The notes under the pieces: model-generated | The model's database searches: none | Told to the model about the DNA's origin: nothing | What the model saw: the letters and a program-made list of their open reading frames with translations, nothing else | In this document: positions 1 through 12,591 of the stretch, in pieces | Layout of the letters: every line of letters begins with the position of its first letter | Position numbering within the stretch: the stretch's first letter is position 1 | Source of the DNA: Phoronis australis | Taxonomy: Eukaryota; Animalia; Phoronida | Direction of reading: 5' to 3' | Length of the DNA: 64,000 nucleotides | Assembly: GCA_002633005.1 (NCBI GenBank) | Contig: NMRA01000369.1 | Location: forward strand, 209,885 to 273,884 | Program-made: the position numbers and the translations under genes

Positions 1-138
1 CTTTTTGACAGACTGATGCCACGCAGGATGGAAGCTGCGGAGAATATTGGATGAGACCCACATTAATTTTAGTTCAAAGCAGTGCGAGGAATTATCCATT
101 TTAGACGTTCTATGGCCTTTGCTGTTCACCAAGCCAAC

Positions 139-234
139 ATGGACGAAGTTTGGGTTTTATTACTTCTCTCATTGGCGATGTTAGTCGGGTGTTATCTTGC
201 AGGTTCAATCCCACTTGCGATGCCCATGTCGGAG
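139..234 (+). CDS. SLC39A9: ZIP9 exon 1
   Basis: ATG139, [32 protein letters not shown], donor gtaaac. Confidence 0.92.
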
Positions 235-3200
235 GTAAACAAAAGTAGCCAGGACACCAATGCAGGCGTTGTAACCTATTTTGTAAACTACAGGTTCATG
301 CATTGTTTATAGAATCTGTTATTCATTGATTTTCTACTGTGAATTGGTTGCAGTGCAAGCTTATATAATTCAGCATGACAGTCTCAACTAGAGACAGTGG
401 CCCAGGGCAATACCAATGAATCCCACAGATGGCATAGGCCCGCCATATGCCGGAGGCTATTCTGGCAATTTTGCCCCACACTTATTCAATATTCAGAATC
501 ATTTTGTTACAAGTTCCATTGAGCATATAGAGGGACACCTTAGGAAGCCATTGATATCTTTAGCTCTTTCCAGCTTGAACAAATACGAATTGCCATTATC
601 AAACTTTGTTCAGTTGCCCAAATTTGTATATGACGTTAGGTGCCTTGGTGCGAGCAGTGTAAAAATGGACAGTTCCAATTTGGGCACTTGAATGAAAAAC
701 TGTTTGAAGAAAATGTTTGATTGCCGGGTAATGTAATTTGTTCAAGCTGGGAAGAGTTAAAGACGTCAACGACCTCCTAGTAATTAGATGTCCCTCTACC
801 TTAGCAAAAGGTACTTATTACAGTGGCAGATCTAGGATATCACAAGGGGGAGGGCCCAACATTATGTCTGTAAACATTTGCTCAAAACACGTTCGTAGAT
901 GCGCATAGCACCGAATGGGGGGAGGCAAACCCCCCTCCCGACCAGGAAATATTTCCGTTTTTTCCTCTAAAAATCGAGCATTTTCCTTGATTCCTGAAGT
1001 ATTATCCAAGAAAAAAGGCAAAAAAAAACAAAAAACGGAAAGTGTCAAACAGGAAAAACTGCGAGCACCACAGACTCGAACTCCCGACCTGTCGGATGGA
1101 GCGCGTGTGCTTTACCAGTGCACCACCACAATTTAACTCCTAATTTGATACTAAGAGACCTACTTGTTTATGGTCCACAGCGTTGGTGCGCAAAAACTTC
1201 TTTTTGTAATGCTTATTACATGTTAAATATTTTGTGCAATCAGTTCGTAACAAATTTGTTGTATTTAAAATAGTCTTCAATTGCCCAAAAGACCAAATCT
1301 GTTTTTTGTGTTGGCAATAATGACGTGATTGCTTTGGAAATTGTCTTAAGTTAAGGTTTGACAAAGAGAGAGTTATGAGTTTCTGAGTGATTTACTATGG
1401 CTTTGATTAAAATTGACATCTTACCAGCAGCTTCTGTTTTTCCATCATGACTCAGATTCCATTTTTTAAAGAAAATGAAGTAATTTTCTTCGTTGCACAG
1501 TGGAGCAGTCGACGGAAACAAAGTCGTAGTGCCCAGCGCCACTGCCGATCACCTGAGATATCGCGGGAGAGCTTATACTTAGCCATAGTTCCGTTACGAT
1601 TGTGCTGTGTTCCCAATTTGACACTTGAAATTGGATCTGAGCCCCCCCCCAAACACTAAAACTGCACACATTTAAATCTTGTTTCAGCCGTATAATTTTG
1701 ATTACCGTTAATTAATAAACTCAACATTTCCCTACGCTCTTGCTCTTTTATTTTTTTTGCGGCAGCCAAGGGGGAGGGGGTGCCGGGCCCCTCCCCCTAA
1801 ATCCGCCTATGTATTAGCAACATGATTTAGATGGTTTAATTAGTGTGAGGCGTAATTTGCCTGAAAGCTTGTGCCGTATGAAGGGCCTATGGGATGACTA
1901 CCATCTCTACTGGGATCGGTTGAGAGGATATTACTGTCTAGAGCATTACAAAAACCTGCCACTTGATTTCAACTTCAGTCGACAACGGTTTCCAAATCGA
2001 AGCTATACACAGATCTATATCAATCTTGTCCATTGCTAAATATTCCCACGGTCCTTTGTCTGGTGTCATGACTGATAAGTCAGTATAATCTACCACAGTT
2101 CAATGAGATACTAAACCGGGTACCAGAGAACCAAACCCTAATGCATCGTGTCTAAATTATCTTTATTTCTTCGGGTAAAAATTCATTCCAACCTAACTGA
2201 TCACAAGGAATTTCATCTCTGAAGACAGACAGTTCGAAAAATCACCAGTTTTAATCCTCGAATTATCAGTTAACAAATGAATATTTTTGTAATAATATTT
2301 TTCGAAGTAAACAGTACAACAATGAAATTCACTATGATCCATTTTGATCCATTTCATTTTCATGTTTAAATTCAATCTTTATCGTGACAAAATCTTGAGA
2401 AGTATTGTTCCACGCACTTTATGGAGATTGTGACAACTTGACTTGCAACTCCATTTGCATTTAAACAATTTAACTGTGAAAGTGCCATTTTATTGTGAAA
2501 TAAACTCAACTAAATTGCCAAATAAATCAGGCAAGAAGTTTGTCCAAGTTCAGCAAGTGTGGAGTTCTGTCAAAGTCTGTCTCTGTATTTTAGCCAGTGT
2601 TAAATTCTAGTACCGGCAGTTGTTAGTTGCTCCTCACAAAAGAACTTTAGATCAGTGCTCCAGATCAACAGGCTTCTTGGTGACAGTTGCAGTACTCTTT
2701 TGTACAAATCTACTGATGAATTAGAAGGTGCTGTGAATCTGGCCAAGTTTCCATTTGGTACCCATTTTTGTCACATCTTCGGTATTGCCTTCATATAAAT
2801 TCTATAGACTTCCAGCGTTAGTTTACATGGTTTTATAGGTTTTGAATGATGCCATGTATAAGTAAACCAATCCCTAAAAGGCTATTTTTTCAAATGTAAA
2901 AGATAACTCAATTGGCTTGCATGACTGGCATCCCATAACTCAACATCTCCAAAAACTTGTGCCTGTAAACTCTAAGTCTGAAGTTTGGTTCGGCGTATGG
3001 AATATTTTTTATCTGTGAATGGATTTTAAGGCACAGGTAAAGCTTCGTGTATGCTGGTCCACGACTGGGTTTAGGAAATTGGAACGGTAATTGAGAGATG
3101 TGTCTATGGAATCGGTACCACCTTTGTGCTTTGCTAGTGAACATAATATGTTTATATTACTATACTTTGTTTTGTGAATCACCGAAAAGCTTGGACTATA

Positions 3201-6200
3201 TTACTCCTAGCAGAAAACTAAAAGTAAGACAGGAAAATGGTGATGTGTCATTTGAGGCAACTTTACAATCACTGGCATTATCATGTTTGTTGATTTAAGG
3301 TCCTTTTGTGTGTCTACATGAAGCAGAACAATGACTTCAGTATTGACTCTTTGAAATCTTGAAATATGATCCATAGATCAATGTGGGCCTGTGGGTCACT
3401 GTGTCTGATGTTGGACAAAAGACTTCTTGGAAGACTTAACAATAGATCAGATTGATATCTACATTCTGGAGTTAAACTAAAGGGGAGATGTTTCTCATGT
3501 GTTTGAATTTGTGCTCAAGAAAAATCCTGATTTTGCTTTTTGCCTAGTGGTATGTTGTGCCACGCAGTAGTAAGTTGTTAGCTCATACAAATATCCCTTC
3601 TATGCCAGAAGGCTGTAAGCTAATTGTGACTTTATCTGGTTTAAATGTTACACTCACAGCACTTTAGGTTAGAGAGTATATTTTGAATGCAGTTGATGTT
3701 TTTAAATTTTCCATCTGGAACGAGTACTGCAGCAACACATTCTTTCATTGCCTACTTGTAACAAAATTTATAATTGACCTCCATTACTTTTGGAGGAGGC
3801 AGTGTGGCCTGGTTAATAATTGCCCACTTTCTTTACCCGAGGTCGTGGGTTCGAGTCCCACCAGGTCACAGTGCTAAACCCTTGAGCCAGATTTCTAACT
3901 CCTCAGCTCGGTTTTCACCATATATAATAAAGCATAAAAATAGTTCCAGGTGATCAGTGCAATGGGTCCACATGCGAGGCCTGCAAGGTCTGGTACAATG
4001 TGTATCAGACCGCCTGCAATTTTTTCCATTACTTTCAATGTTCTCTGGGAAACCCAAACATTTGGATGATGATGATGCTAACTCATGAGTTCACCCCTCT
4101 GTCCGACATCTGTCTATCGCTGGTGTCAGGTTTTACTTGTATGCCAATACTATTGCCTCAGCCTCGGGTTAGGGATGGCCTCGCAAAGTCCATTGTTGAA
4201 ACTTAATTCCCTCTATTACTCGTTGTTGCTTGACAGTGAATTCAATAACATGATGTTTCTATTTTAGGAAAAATTGAAGCTGGTGTCAGTTTTAGGAGCA
4301 GGTTTGCTGGTTGGAACTGCGCTGACGGTTATCATACCAGAGGGGGTACACACACTGTACGAAACGGCGGAACATGGTGAGTGCTGCTGAAAGCCCAGCT
4401 TCATCCACGAGTCTCAAGATGGCGCTGATAGGTTTAGCGGTTTGAGACTTGGTGAAGAGAAATTTACTTGGCAGGATTATGACTTGTTTTCATGAAAATC
4501 ACTGCAATGTCACGAGTGATATAAAGTTATATCGTCTCCGAATTGTTCACAGTCTTTATTCCGTTACGTTCGTACTTTCGGAACAAAGGTCTACTCTCAA
4601 CTGAACATAGATACAGTAACTGACCTAGCGACATAATTAAAAGACACACGATATTTCGAAACATACTTGTTACATTCTCAAGTGAAGATAAAATGACGCA
4701 GTAATGCCACCACAGAGTATAACCTGATGACACACACAGTGAGACACGCCGGGTCACGGGTGTGAAGTACTGCAAAGAATGACTAATGAAGGGGGGTAAC
4801 GGGAAATTCGCGCAAACAAGTGTAACGTGCGGCGCGACCCTGTTTGCCGCTCATTCAAAACAGGCTTCTCAAAAGCAATTAAAAGGGACTCCAATACTTT
4901 CAAACGCAGCACATCTTGCTCCATGTAGTGAATTGACGTGTTTTCCACAATTTCTTGACGGGTGATTTTACGTGCGTGACATTGCAGAATATGATCTTGG
5001 ATGGCGCCTTTTTGAAGATGCATGGATAACCGACGGGAAAGACTGCAAACCGTTTGACCAATGTAACATTGTTTGACGTTTGAACGAAGACATTCGTTCA
5101 TAGGGCATACAAACTCACAACACTACATTGTGCAATGGGGGGGGGGGACTTTCGCTTTAGAAATGTTATTTTTCATAACCAAGTTGGAGTACTTCCTATT
5201 CCGATAATGAATAATAACATCGAGGTAATCTCTGAAATTTGCTGTAGTATAATACAAAAAATCACCATAAGTGGTTTTTATGCAGCAAATTAAGTTTAGA
5301 ATATTGAAGACAATTCCAATTCAAAAGCTTATAGTTTCTATTAATAGAATTGACAATAAGGTACACAGACACTTTTTATTTCACACATAATAACCAAAAC
5401 AGTGCCTTCTGCTTCCGAATCACGAATGGCAGCAACAACAACACCAATCCTGTGAAAACTGTTAAAATCTGCGTTTGCATTTGTTTTAATTTCTGGAAAA
5501 AGCTACTCAAAGAAGTTAAGACAAGAATTATAAAGAATTTAGTATTCAGAGATTTTAGTATCTGAAGGTTTCTTGTCAATGAACGTTGTCTACGGCCAAT
5601 CAGCACACAGAAGGGAGATCTCCCCACCGAGCCTCAAATAGGTAAACCAATCAGCAACTGTATTTACTTTTTCTCACCCATTCCAAATTTTTCGTCACAA
5701 ACACGCTAATTCCTTTCTCTTGGACTACAAATCTTTTTACTCTTGATTAGGAGGCATAAGAAAGTATATGCAACTTGGTGCATTCTTGGTTCAGGAGAAA
5801 AAAATGTGTTTGTGATAATAACAGCTTGTGTGAAAAGAGTTCTATCTTATCAATGGTAAAGCAGCGCTGTTGGTGAGAATGCATGGATGGTTCATGGAAG
5901 AGGAAAGAGGAAGATCCGTCACGCTACTCGAGCCAGTGATATTTTTGTTATAAACATGAACAAAACACGTTGCCAAATAATCACATGAAGAGTTCCTTGG
6001 ATGTTAGATGTAAACAAATGACTGTTGGTTTTACAGCACACAAGCACAGCCACTCACACGAAGAAAAGACTAGTGTGGTCGATAAAGCGTTAACCAAGGT
6101 GCTGCATACAGAAGAGGACCATCATCATCAATCGCATTTAGAAATGCACAGTCTTATAGGCCTGGCGCTCGTCCTGGGCTTTGTGTTCATGCTGTTGGTA

Positions 6201-9200
6201 GACCAGCTGTCTGGAGGGGGGCATTCTCATTCACATAGTGCTGGGCCAGGTAGGGTGAACCGGAGACAGTTGAGAAAATGTTACAAGGTTTATGCACCCT
6301 GTGCCATTTTTAGTGAAATTTCTAGGGTCTGTTTCCTGCCTGAAAAGTGACTTAAGACTTAAGTCAGACATTTGGTTTTACACTCCGCACAACTATTTCT
6401 GGAAAACAATTAAAATTCAATTTAGCAAAAGTACAAAATTTCTACGAAATACGGTAACTGATACTATGTGGAAAAACTATACCAGTAAATCATTTCTGTA
6501 TTGTGATATGGTAACAGTTACTAGAAAATAATTATGCAGTAGTTATGAATTGGGAGCATAAGACAAAAATGTGTATATTTATTGAAGTCTTAATCACTTT
6601 TCATGAAATAGGCCTCAAGTGGCACTTTGTATTGTTAAGGGGCGAATTGTGAAATTTGTGATGACGGAAAAGTGGTGGAAAGTGGCTACAACCAAGGGTG
6701 AAAAGTAAGTTTGATGAAATGGAATATGGCTGTACCCCAAAATGTTTTTACCTTTAGTGGGCCCGACAAAACAAACGCTTAAAGTGGAACTTACATGCTA
6801 ATTTCTTATTTCTGTGATTGTTTGATCAAATTATTAAGAAATACAACATATTGCGACGATATGAATATGAAGTAGGTTGAAATTTGCCAAATTAATGTTT
6901 TAAGAACGAGTTTTGTGTCGAAAATGCTCCTCTGTAAATCACTTAACCATGTCCAGTTAATATCGTGACGTGGTGTTGGGGAATAATACTGCATGATGCG
7001 GGCTATGTGAGCCACGAGGTACGTCATTAGTGCAAAGGTCACCTAATTGCAGATTTTTTTGTTTTCACATTAGAAGTTGTCAATGAATGCAACTCGCACT
7101 TGTTTAGCATATATGATGTTCACACAGCACTGCTATTCATTAGCATAGGAGCATGCAAATACATCTTTAACACAAAAGTAGGTTCAACTTGCTGTCTTTC
7201 GCTAATCTGAGTTGAAATACGTTACTTAATACATCTTTACTGTGGAAACGAAAAAAGAAAAGCGACCTTGTGCGAAAAATGTTTTAAGCCTTTATACTGT
7301 ATAATGGTGGCGATGGTTTAGTAATTTATATTTTTTACCTATAGTAACTTAGTTTTCACTAAATGCTATATTTACACTTCACATTTCATGTTGTAATTAT
7401 AACATGTAAATGTTTTTGCAGATCCTGAGTCGCAGCAGTCCAGTTCTCAGACAAGACATCGAATCACAGCAACACTTGGTCTAGTTGTTCATGCAGCAGG
7501 TTGATTTTAGTTGTTATAATTGTATTTTTGCGAGTATGAAAATACAAAATATTACCAACGATATGCTTTGACCAATAACAACTAGTTTCCCAGTGACACC
7601 AGTGCTGACTAATGGGCCTTTTCAGTGTAATGTGCTTTTCAGATGTTGGCACTGAAATTACCTGCACAAAATCACATTTTACTGAAAATGTGTTTTTTTT
7701 TCACATGAGAGCATATTTTCTGTTTTAGCTGATGGTGTGGCTCTTGGCGCTGCTGCTACTACATCACAAACACACGTGGAGATGATAGTTTTTATTGCCA
7801 TAATGTTGCACAAGGTAAGAATGCAGTTAAAAGTATTTATGGGTTGATAATCTTGAAAAAAAAATGCTGTTGAATAATCTTTATTGAGGAGAATGCTTTT
7901 ACTTGTTTCCTAGGTTAAAAATCTGTTTCATGAAGTTCTAGTCCCAAGTGATGACATTGAAAGAGTACCTTCAAACATATTCATCTACCAAAGCCTAGCT
8001 TGATTCCGCTTTTGAAATGTAATTCTGCTATTTTTGAACTGCAGGCACCAGCGGCCTTTGGACTAGTGTCTTTCTTGCTACACGAGGGCTTCGACAGAAG
8101 TAGGATACGAAAGCATCTATTAGTGTTCTCTTGTGCCGCACCATTGATGGCTATTGTTACATATTTCGGTCTCAGTCAAGTGAGTTGGTTCTTGTTCTTG
8201 TCCCACTTAAGCCCACATGCCTATATCCAAGATAATGCATTTTTTCAAAAAAAATGGTGAGTGTTTCATATAGGCGCCTGTTCCTAAGCTTTACTTAATA
8301 TACGCTAAAGCTGATGTGTGTGTGCGTGCGTGCGTGTGTGTGTGTCTCCAATCTTAGTTTTAGTGCATTGCAACGCATAGGGATGTAAAGTGTTACGCTA
8401 CACCCCTAGCAACTACCCCAAATTCAACAAAACTTCTTGCCTCTGGATCTGTGAACCATATTGATTTATATCAACCACGTGTATTCTACAACAAAGTTTA
8501 ACTAGTGATTTTCCAGTTAAAACTTTTGACCTCGTGTAATTTCCTCTGGAGCACTGACAATGGTTAGAACCACGATTGTGCAATCTCCTTAACTTCCCCT
8601 AGTGAAGTGACGTCACACTTTCACACAATCTCTATTACTATAAAAGCATATCGTCTTCCATTTTGTAATGGTAAATTCACCCTGCTTCCACTTAATGTTA
8701 AAATCATTCTCATTTTACTCAGCTATTTCACTGGCGCATTGGCTGAAATAATAGTAGTTGATTTTTAGGCAACCACATATTTATATGTGGACGCATTATG
8801 CCGTCATCTCCGTCTGTCCTGGTAGCGTCCGTCTGGCGTCGGCTGCTCTATCTCCAAAACCCTTTAATATACGTTCATGAAATTTGGCACATATGTTCTA
8901 TTCATGAATGGGACGGCATGAGCGAACTTTCGGACGGATTTGACTACCGGTGTGCCCCCTAGTGGCAGTTTTAGTTTTTTACGCTTACCTAAGTTTGTAT
9001 CTTCAAAAGTCCTGAACAGATTTTCATGAAATTTGGTATGTAGGCACCTATTAGTGAGATGACGCTATCCTCCCATTTTCGGATAGATTTGACTTAGTTT
9101 GCGCTTCCTAGTGGCCATTTTTACTGTTTTCGAGTCTTGTTTTTTTGTGTCCACCCCTCTATCAACCAAACCGCTCAAAGGATGATTGTGAAAATTGGCA

Positions 9201-10529
9201 TGTATGTGCTTACTACGAAGAGGATGGTTGACGATGATTTTCTGACAATTTCAACTACTGTGGCAGTTTTTTTTTTGTGCCTATGGCTGTATCTCCTAAA
9301 CCGTTCGCAGGATCTTTACTTAATTTAGCAAGTGTATTTATATGATGTTGACTACGGATGACGACTTTCGGACAGATCTGACTACTGCTGTGCCCCCTAG
9401 TGGCAATTTAAATTTTTTTGCGTTGAACTCAGTATCTTCAAAGGTCCTCTGAGACAATAGATTTTTATAAAATTTTAAATATAGGCATCTATTGGTGCGA
9501 TGACGCTATCTTCCTGGTTTTGGATGGAATTGAGGTATTTTGCACCACCTAGTGGCCATTTTTTGCTGTTTTCAAATCTTGTTTTTGGTGTCCACCCCTG
9601 TATCAACCAAATCATTTGAAAATTGGCATATATGTTCTCAGTGTGAGGATGACCTTTGATGATGGTGACTGACTACTGTGGCGCCTCCTAGTGGTAGTTT
9701 TGTTTCACGCCCATAGTTGTATCTCCTAAACCCACTGCAGGATCTGTACTAAATTTAGTAAGTTAGTGTATTTATATGAAGATAACAACAGACAACGACG
9801 ACTTTCAGGCGGATCCACTGGACACTGTGCCCACTAGTGGCAATTTCATTTTATTCTGTTTTCCTTTGTTTCTCTGAAGTTCCTTGACAGATTTTTATGA
9901 AATATATCATGTTCCTGTTTTTGGGTGGATTGTATGTTTTTGCGCTATCTAGTGGCCATTTTTATGATACAAATTAATAACCCTAAAAGCACACCATTTG
10001 CAATGCATTCATCAGCGCATTTCAACGCTCCGCGTTGCTCTTGTCATATTATTTTGCAACATTTCATTTTCAAAAGATTCTCTTTATTTCGATTAGAAGA
10101 TATCTTACGTTTGACAGCAACGTAAGAACTTCTGTTCTGTGGTCTTGTGACTTGTAGAATGAAAATAACGTATTTAATATGCAAATGAACTGGTTCATTA
10201 CTCCGTGGCTAGACTGTAGATGACTCGCCCTACTTCTGGTTAGTTGTAATAAACATTCTGTTCATCGTTTTCATTTTCAGCAAGACAAGGAGACGTTATC
10301 AGAAATAAATGCCACTGGCTTAGCCATGTTGTTCAGTGCAGGAACATTCTTATACGTGTCAACTGTGCACATTCTGCCAGAAATTCTAAAAATGGGCCAC
10401 AGCACAGCACCAGGACCGACGGGGACTGTGATCGTGAGAGAACAGCACGGATTTAGTAAAGTGGAGCTGCTAGCTATGGTGGTTGGTGCATTGCTGCCAT
10501 TGATTTTATCACTTGGGCACCATCATTAG
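139..10529 (+). CDS. SLC39A9: Zinc transporter ZIP9 (7 coding exons, ~321 aa)
   Basis: Exons 139-234, 4268-4376, 6037-6249, 7422-7499, 7729-7814, 8045-8179, 10281-10529 join in frame (966 nt) with GT-AG introns. ZIP9 motifs: [73 protein letters not shown]; ends GHHH*. Confidence 0.96.
821..1811. mobile_element. MITE-like element (CAGTGGCAGATCTAGG-type termini), possibly composite
   Basis: Left end cagtggcagatctagg; right end ccctaaatccgcctatg (imperfect TIR); TA on both flanks; G/C-run subterminal blocks; related ends at 12779-12999, 15263-15289 and 26658-27044. Confidence 0.55.
1055..1130 (-). pseudogene. Degenerate tRNA-like / Pol III A-box and B-box sequence
   Basis: Minus strand: tggtgcactggtaaagcac (A-box, D-stem gtgc/gcac), gagttcgagtc (B-box), then ttttt; acceptor and anticodon stems do not pair well. 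Confidence 0.4.
3795..4077 (+). mobile_element. tRNA-derived SINE
   Basis: A-box-like gtggcctggttaa, B-box ggttcgagtccc (~3847-3858), body cccttgagccagatttctaac, (gat)n tail near 4064-4076. Confidence 0.6.
4268..4376 (+). CDS. SLC39A9: ZIP9 exon 2
   Basis: ttttag|[36 protein letters not shown]|gtgagt. Confidence 0.93.
4530..5222 (-). mobile_element. 5'-truncated Penelope-like retroelement (GIY-YIG endonuclease C-terminus plus 3' pLTR)
   Basis: Minus ORF 4754-5101: C...[17 protein letters not shown]...IQDHILQCH...[17 protein letters not shown]. Upstream, frameshifted: [18 protein letters not shown]...NVV/CEFVCP. Downstream: two tandem (c/g)TTGAGA..CGAAA motifs then AATAAA (+ strand tttatt 4555-4560). 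Confidence 0.82.
6037..6249 (+). CDS. SLC39A9: ZIP9 exon 3 (His-rich loops)
   Basis: ttacag|AHKHSHSH...[34 protein letters not shown]|gtaggg. Confidence 0.9.
6325..6614. mobile_element. MITE with TGAAAAGTGACTTAAGACTT terminal inverted repeats
   Basis: tgaaaagtgacttaagactt ... aagtcttaatcacttttca; similar element at 26688-26934. Confidence 0.55.
7422..7499 (+). CDS. SLC39A9: ZIP9 exon 4
   Basis: ttgcag|[26 protein letters not shown]|gttgat. Confidence 0.9.
7729..7814 (+). CDS. SLC39A9: ZIP9 exon 5
   Basis: ttttag|[29 protein letters not shown]|gtaaga. Confidence 0.93.
8045..8179 (+). CDS. SLC39A9: ZIP9 exon 6
   Basis: ctgcag|[45 protein letters not shown]|gtgagt. Confidence 0.93.
8762..10045 (+). 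mobile_element. Helentron/HINE-like non-autonomous element with internal tandem array
   Basis: 5' palindrome ccacatatttatatgtgg, (ccgtc/ctgtc) microsatellite, atgaaatttggc blocks, ~146-bp monomers in ~438-bp trimers, 3' hairpin caacgctccgcgttg; related degenerate copy at ~32480-33205. Confidence 0.6.
10281..10529 (+). CDS. SLC39A9: ZIP9 exon 7 (terminal)
   Basis: tttcag|[34 protein letters not shown]...LSLGHHH TAG. Confidence 0.93.
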   Translation, partial: QDKETLSEINATGLAMLFSAGTFLYVSTVHILPEILKMGHSTAPGPTGTVIVREQHGFSKVELLAMVVGALLPLILSLGHHH

Positions 10530-12345
10530 TTGTCCGTGGATGAAATGGTTTTTGCGTGACCATGAACTGCATTATTGAATGTGATTTCAAGAGCTCGCCA
10601 CCAACTCTCATGGCGGTTCTGTTGTACAGTTTTGTGCCTGCTTGACCTGAAAGGATCAGTGGCAACCAAGGAGTTTGTGGAGAATAATTCATGACAAACC
10701 AGTGAGGGGATTGTGCTGGTACAAGGGAAAATACCCAGGAGGGTGAGAACTAGATGTGAGGGCTGGAGTTGCGCCAATCATAATGTGGCTCCAGAAATCC
10801 TTTTGCTAGTACTGGCAATAGCTGGCTGTGTACGAGTTTTTATGAACGTATGAAATTACACGATAATAGTGGCGTTGAGAGATCACCCTTTTATTCGCTG
10901 CAGCAATCACCAAACATGGCGACCACCTTATAATACTGTCATCTTATGCATGATAAAAACCGTGATCAATCTTGAGGCATCAGTAAAAAATTGTTAAAGA
11001 TATTGTTATTTCTTTTTCGCGAAAACCTCTGAAAGTCCTTTGGTTTATATAACCTGCAGTTTTGTTCCATGGTTTTTGCTGTGGGTACCTATTAATGCAA
11101 ACAAACAATCCTTGAAAACAACTTGTTGTACTGTAGTTTTTGCTTTTGTAGTGTTGAGACTGGGAATCATAGCAGCAAAATCAAATATGATATAAAAATG
11201 CAATATGAATAATGAGGAACTTAAACATTTTCAGCTTTTCATTATTTATTTTTGTTTTTATTGGTATTGCTGGAGAATGAAGGTTTCCATATATCGTTTT
11301 ATGTTGCTGCTAGATGTTTCTAAGGGTCATGTTTTCTTGGGTAGAAAACTCTCTTGCTGGTCAGAGTGTTGCTTTTGTATGAGTTTAGGGGATCGCATAA
11401 ACTGGTTTTCAAATGAGTTAATATATTTTTTTTGGGATATGGGGTATTTTGATATTCTACATTTTAATGTATATGTGAACTTAATGATTAATCACTGATT
11501 CTAGTTCAGAGCACCAAGATACTACAAGGAATGTCTTGCATAATAGTTTCTTATTGTTAACCTATTTAATGTTGCTTTCCTATTAATGCCATAACTCCCG
11601 TTTTGTAGAATTTCGATCAGTGGGAAAGCATAACTCATGAAGTTAAACAGCCATGCTTTCAAAATGGGTGTATTAAACTGTAGAGGTGTGCAACTCCTCT
11701 GCAATGGGAAAGCAAAGATTAGTTCCCTTTTATGGGAGTAATCGCTAGATGTTGCCACAAGCAACACAATTCAATGGAGAGTGCGAATCAGCTGTGCCAC
11801 CTGGTGTTTAATCCCTAGAACTAGTGGTTCCTGTGATATTGCTACTGTTAAATTGTTAGTGAAAAAGGTGAGGGGAACTGCGATAGACTGGAATTTTGGT
11901 AATGGGGAAGCAACATTGGTCATTATTTTCGGGTAGCCATTCTTGGTTCTTCATGATCGACTTGTGTTGACTGTGTTAACAGTATTCTTTTCTCATGAAG
12001 CCTACTGTCCAGCGATCTCTATTCCTTGCCTGATTTCTTCAATTGTTATTATGAACACCTTTTTTTCTGAGCTCCTGTTCTTACCAAACATGCTTTTCTT
12101 GCAAGAATTTTTAGGAAGAAAAGATTCTGACCTGTGTGGAAGATTCAGTTTACTGTGGGAACATTTAAGGAGTTTCATCTTGAGAAACAAGGTACATGCC
12201 AGATTTGAAATTTTAGAAGCACCATATTGTGGATTGATAAGGATACTGGGTACTTAAGTATTTTTACAGTAGAACCTAGTACATTAAAAAGACGCAAGAT
12301 GCAAAGCACACTATTTCTTTTCAAAATGCAATCTGTGGCAATAGC

Positions 12346-12436
12346 CTGATATAACGTGCCGTATTTTGAGAACCAGTTTGATGCCCGTTATTTAGTGAAG
12401 AAAACTGGTTCTCAAAATTCGGGCACATTATATCAG
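12346..12436. mobile_element. ~90-bp palindromic mini-element (copy 1 of 3)
   Basis: ctgatataacgtgccgtattttgagaaccagttt / aaactggttctcaaaattcgggcacattatatcag. Confidence 0.65.
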
Positions 12437-12585
12437 TCCATTACCCAATCTATAAGGCCAGTCACATTCAACACCTTTGGCCGATATCTCTTTTTGCGAA
12501 GAAACTCTCCTTTTTAAAGTTCAAAAGATGTGTAATAGTTGGCATCAGGATTACAATTTTTAGCTCTGTCATAGGTTAAGAGTTC

Positions 12586-12591
12586 AATAAA
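12586..12591 (+). promoter_or_regulatory. Candidate polyadenylation signal for ZIP9
   Basis: AATAAA ~2 kb after stop followed by T-rich sequence; not verified. Confidence 0.3.

Noticed and set aside
4690-4760. SECIS element after the PLE ORF (Naiad-type selenoprotein)
   Set aside because: No AUGA...AA...GA stem seen on the minus strand and no in-frame TGA in the visible ORF.
4724-4770. ctgatga on the + strand as a hammerhead core
   Set aside because: No GAAA or stem III partner at a suitable distance; opposite strand to the retroelement.
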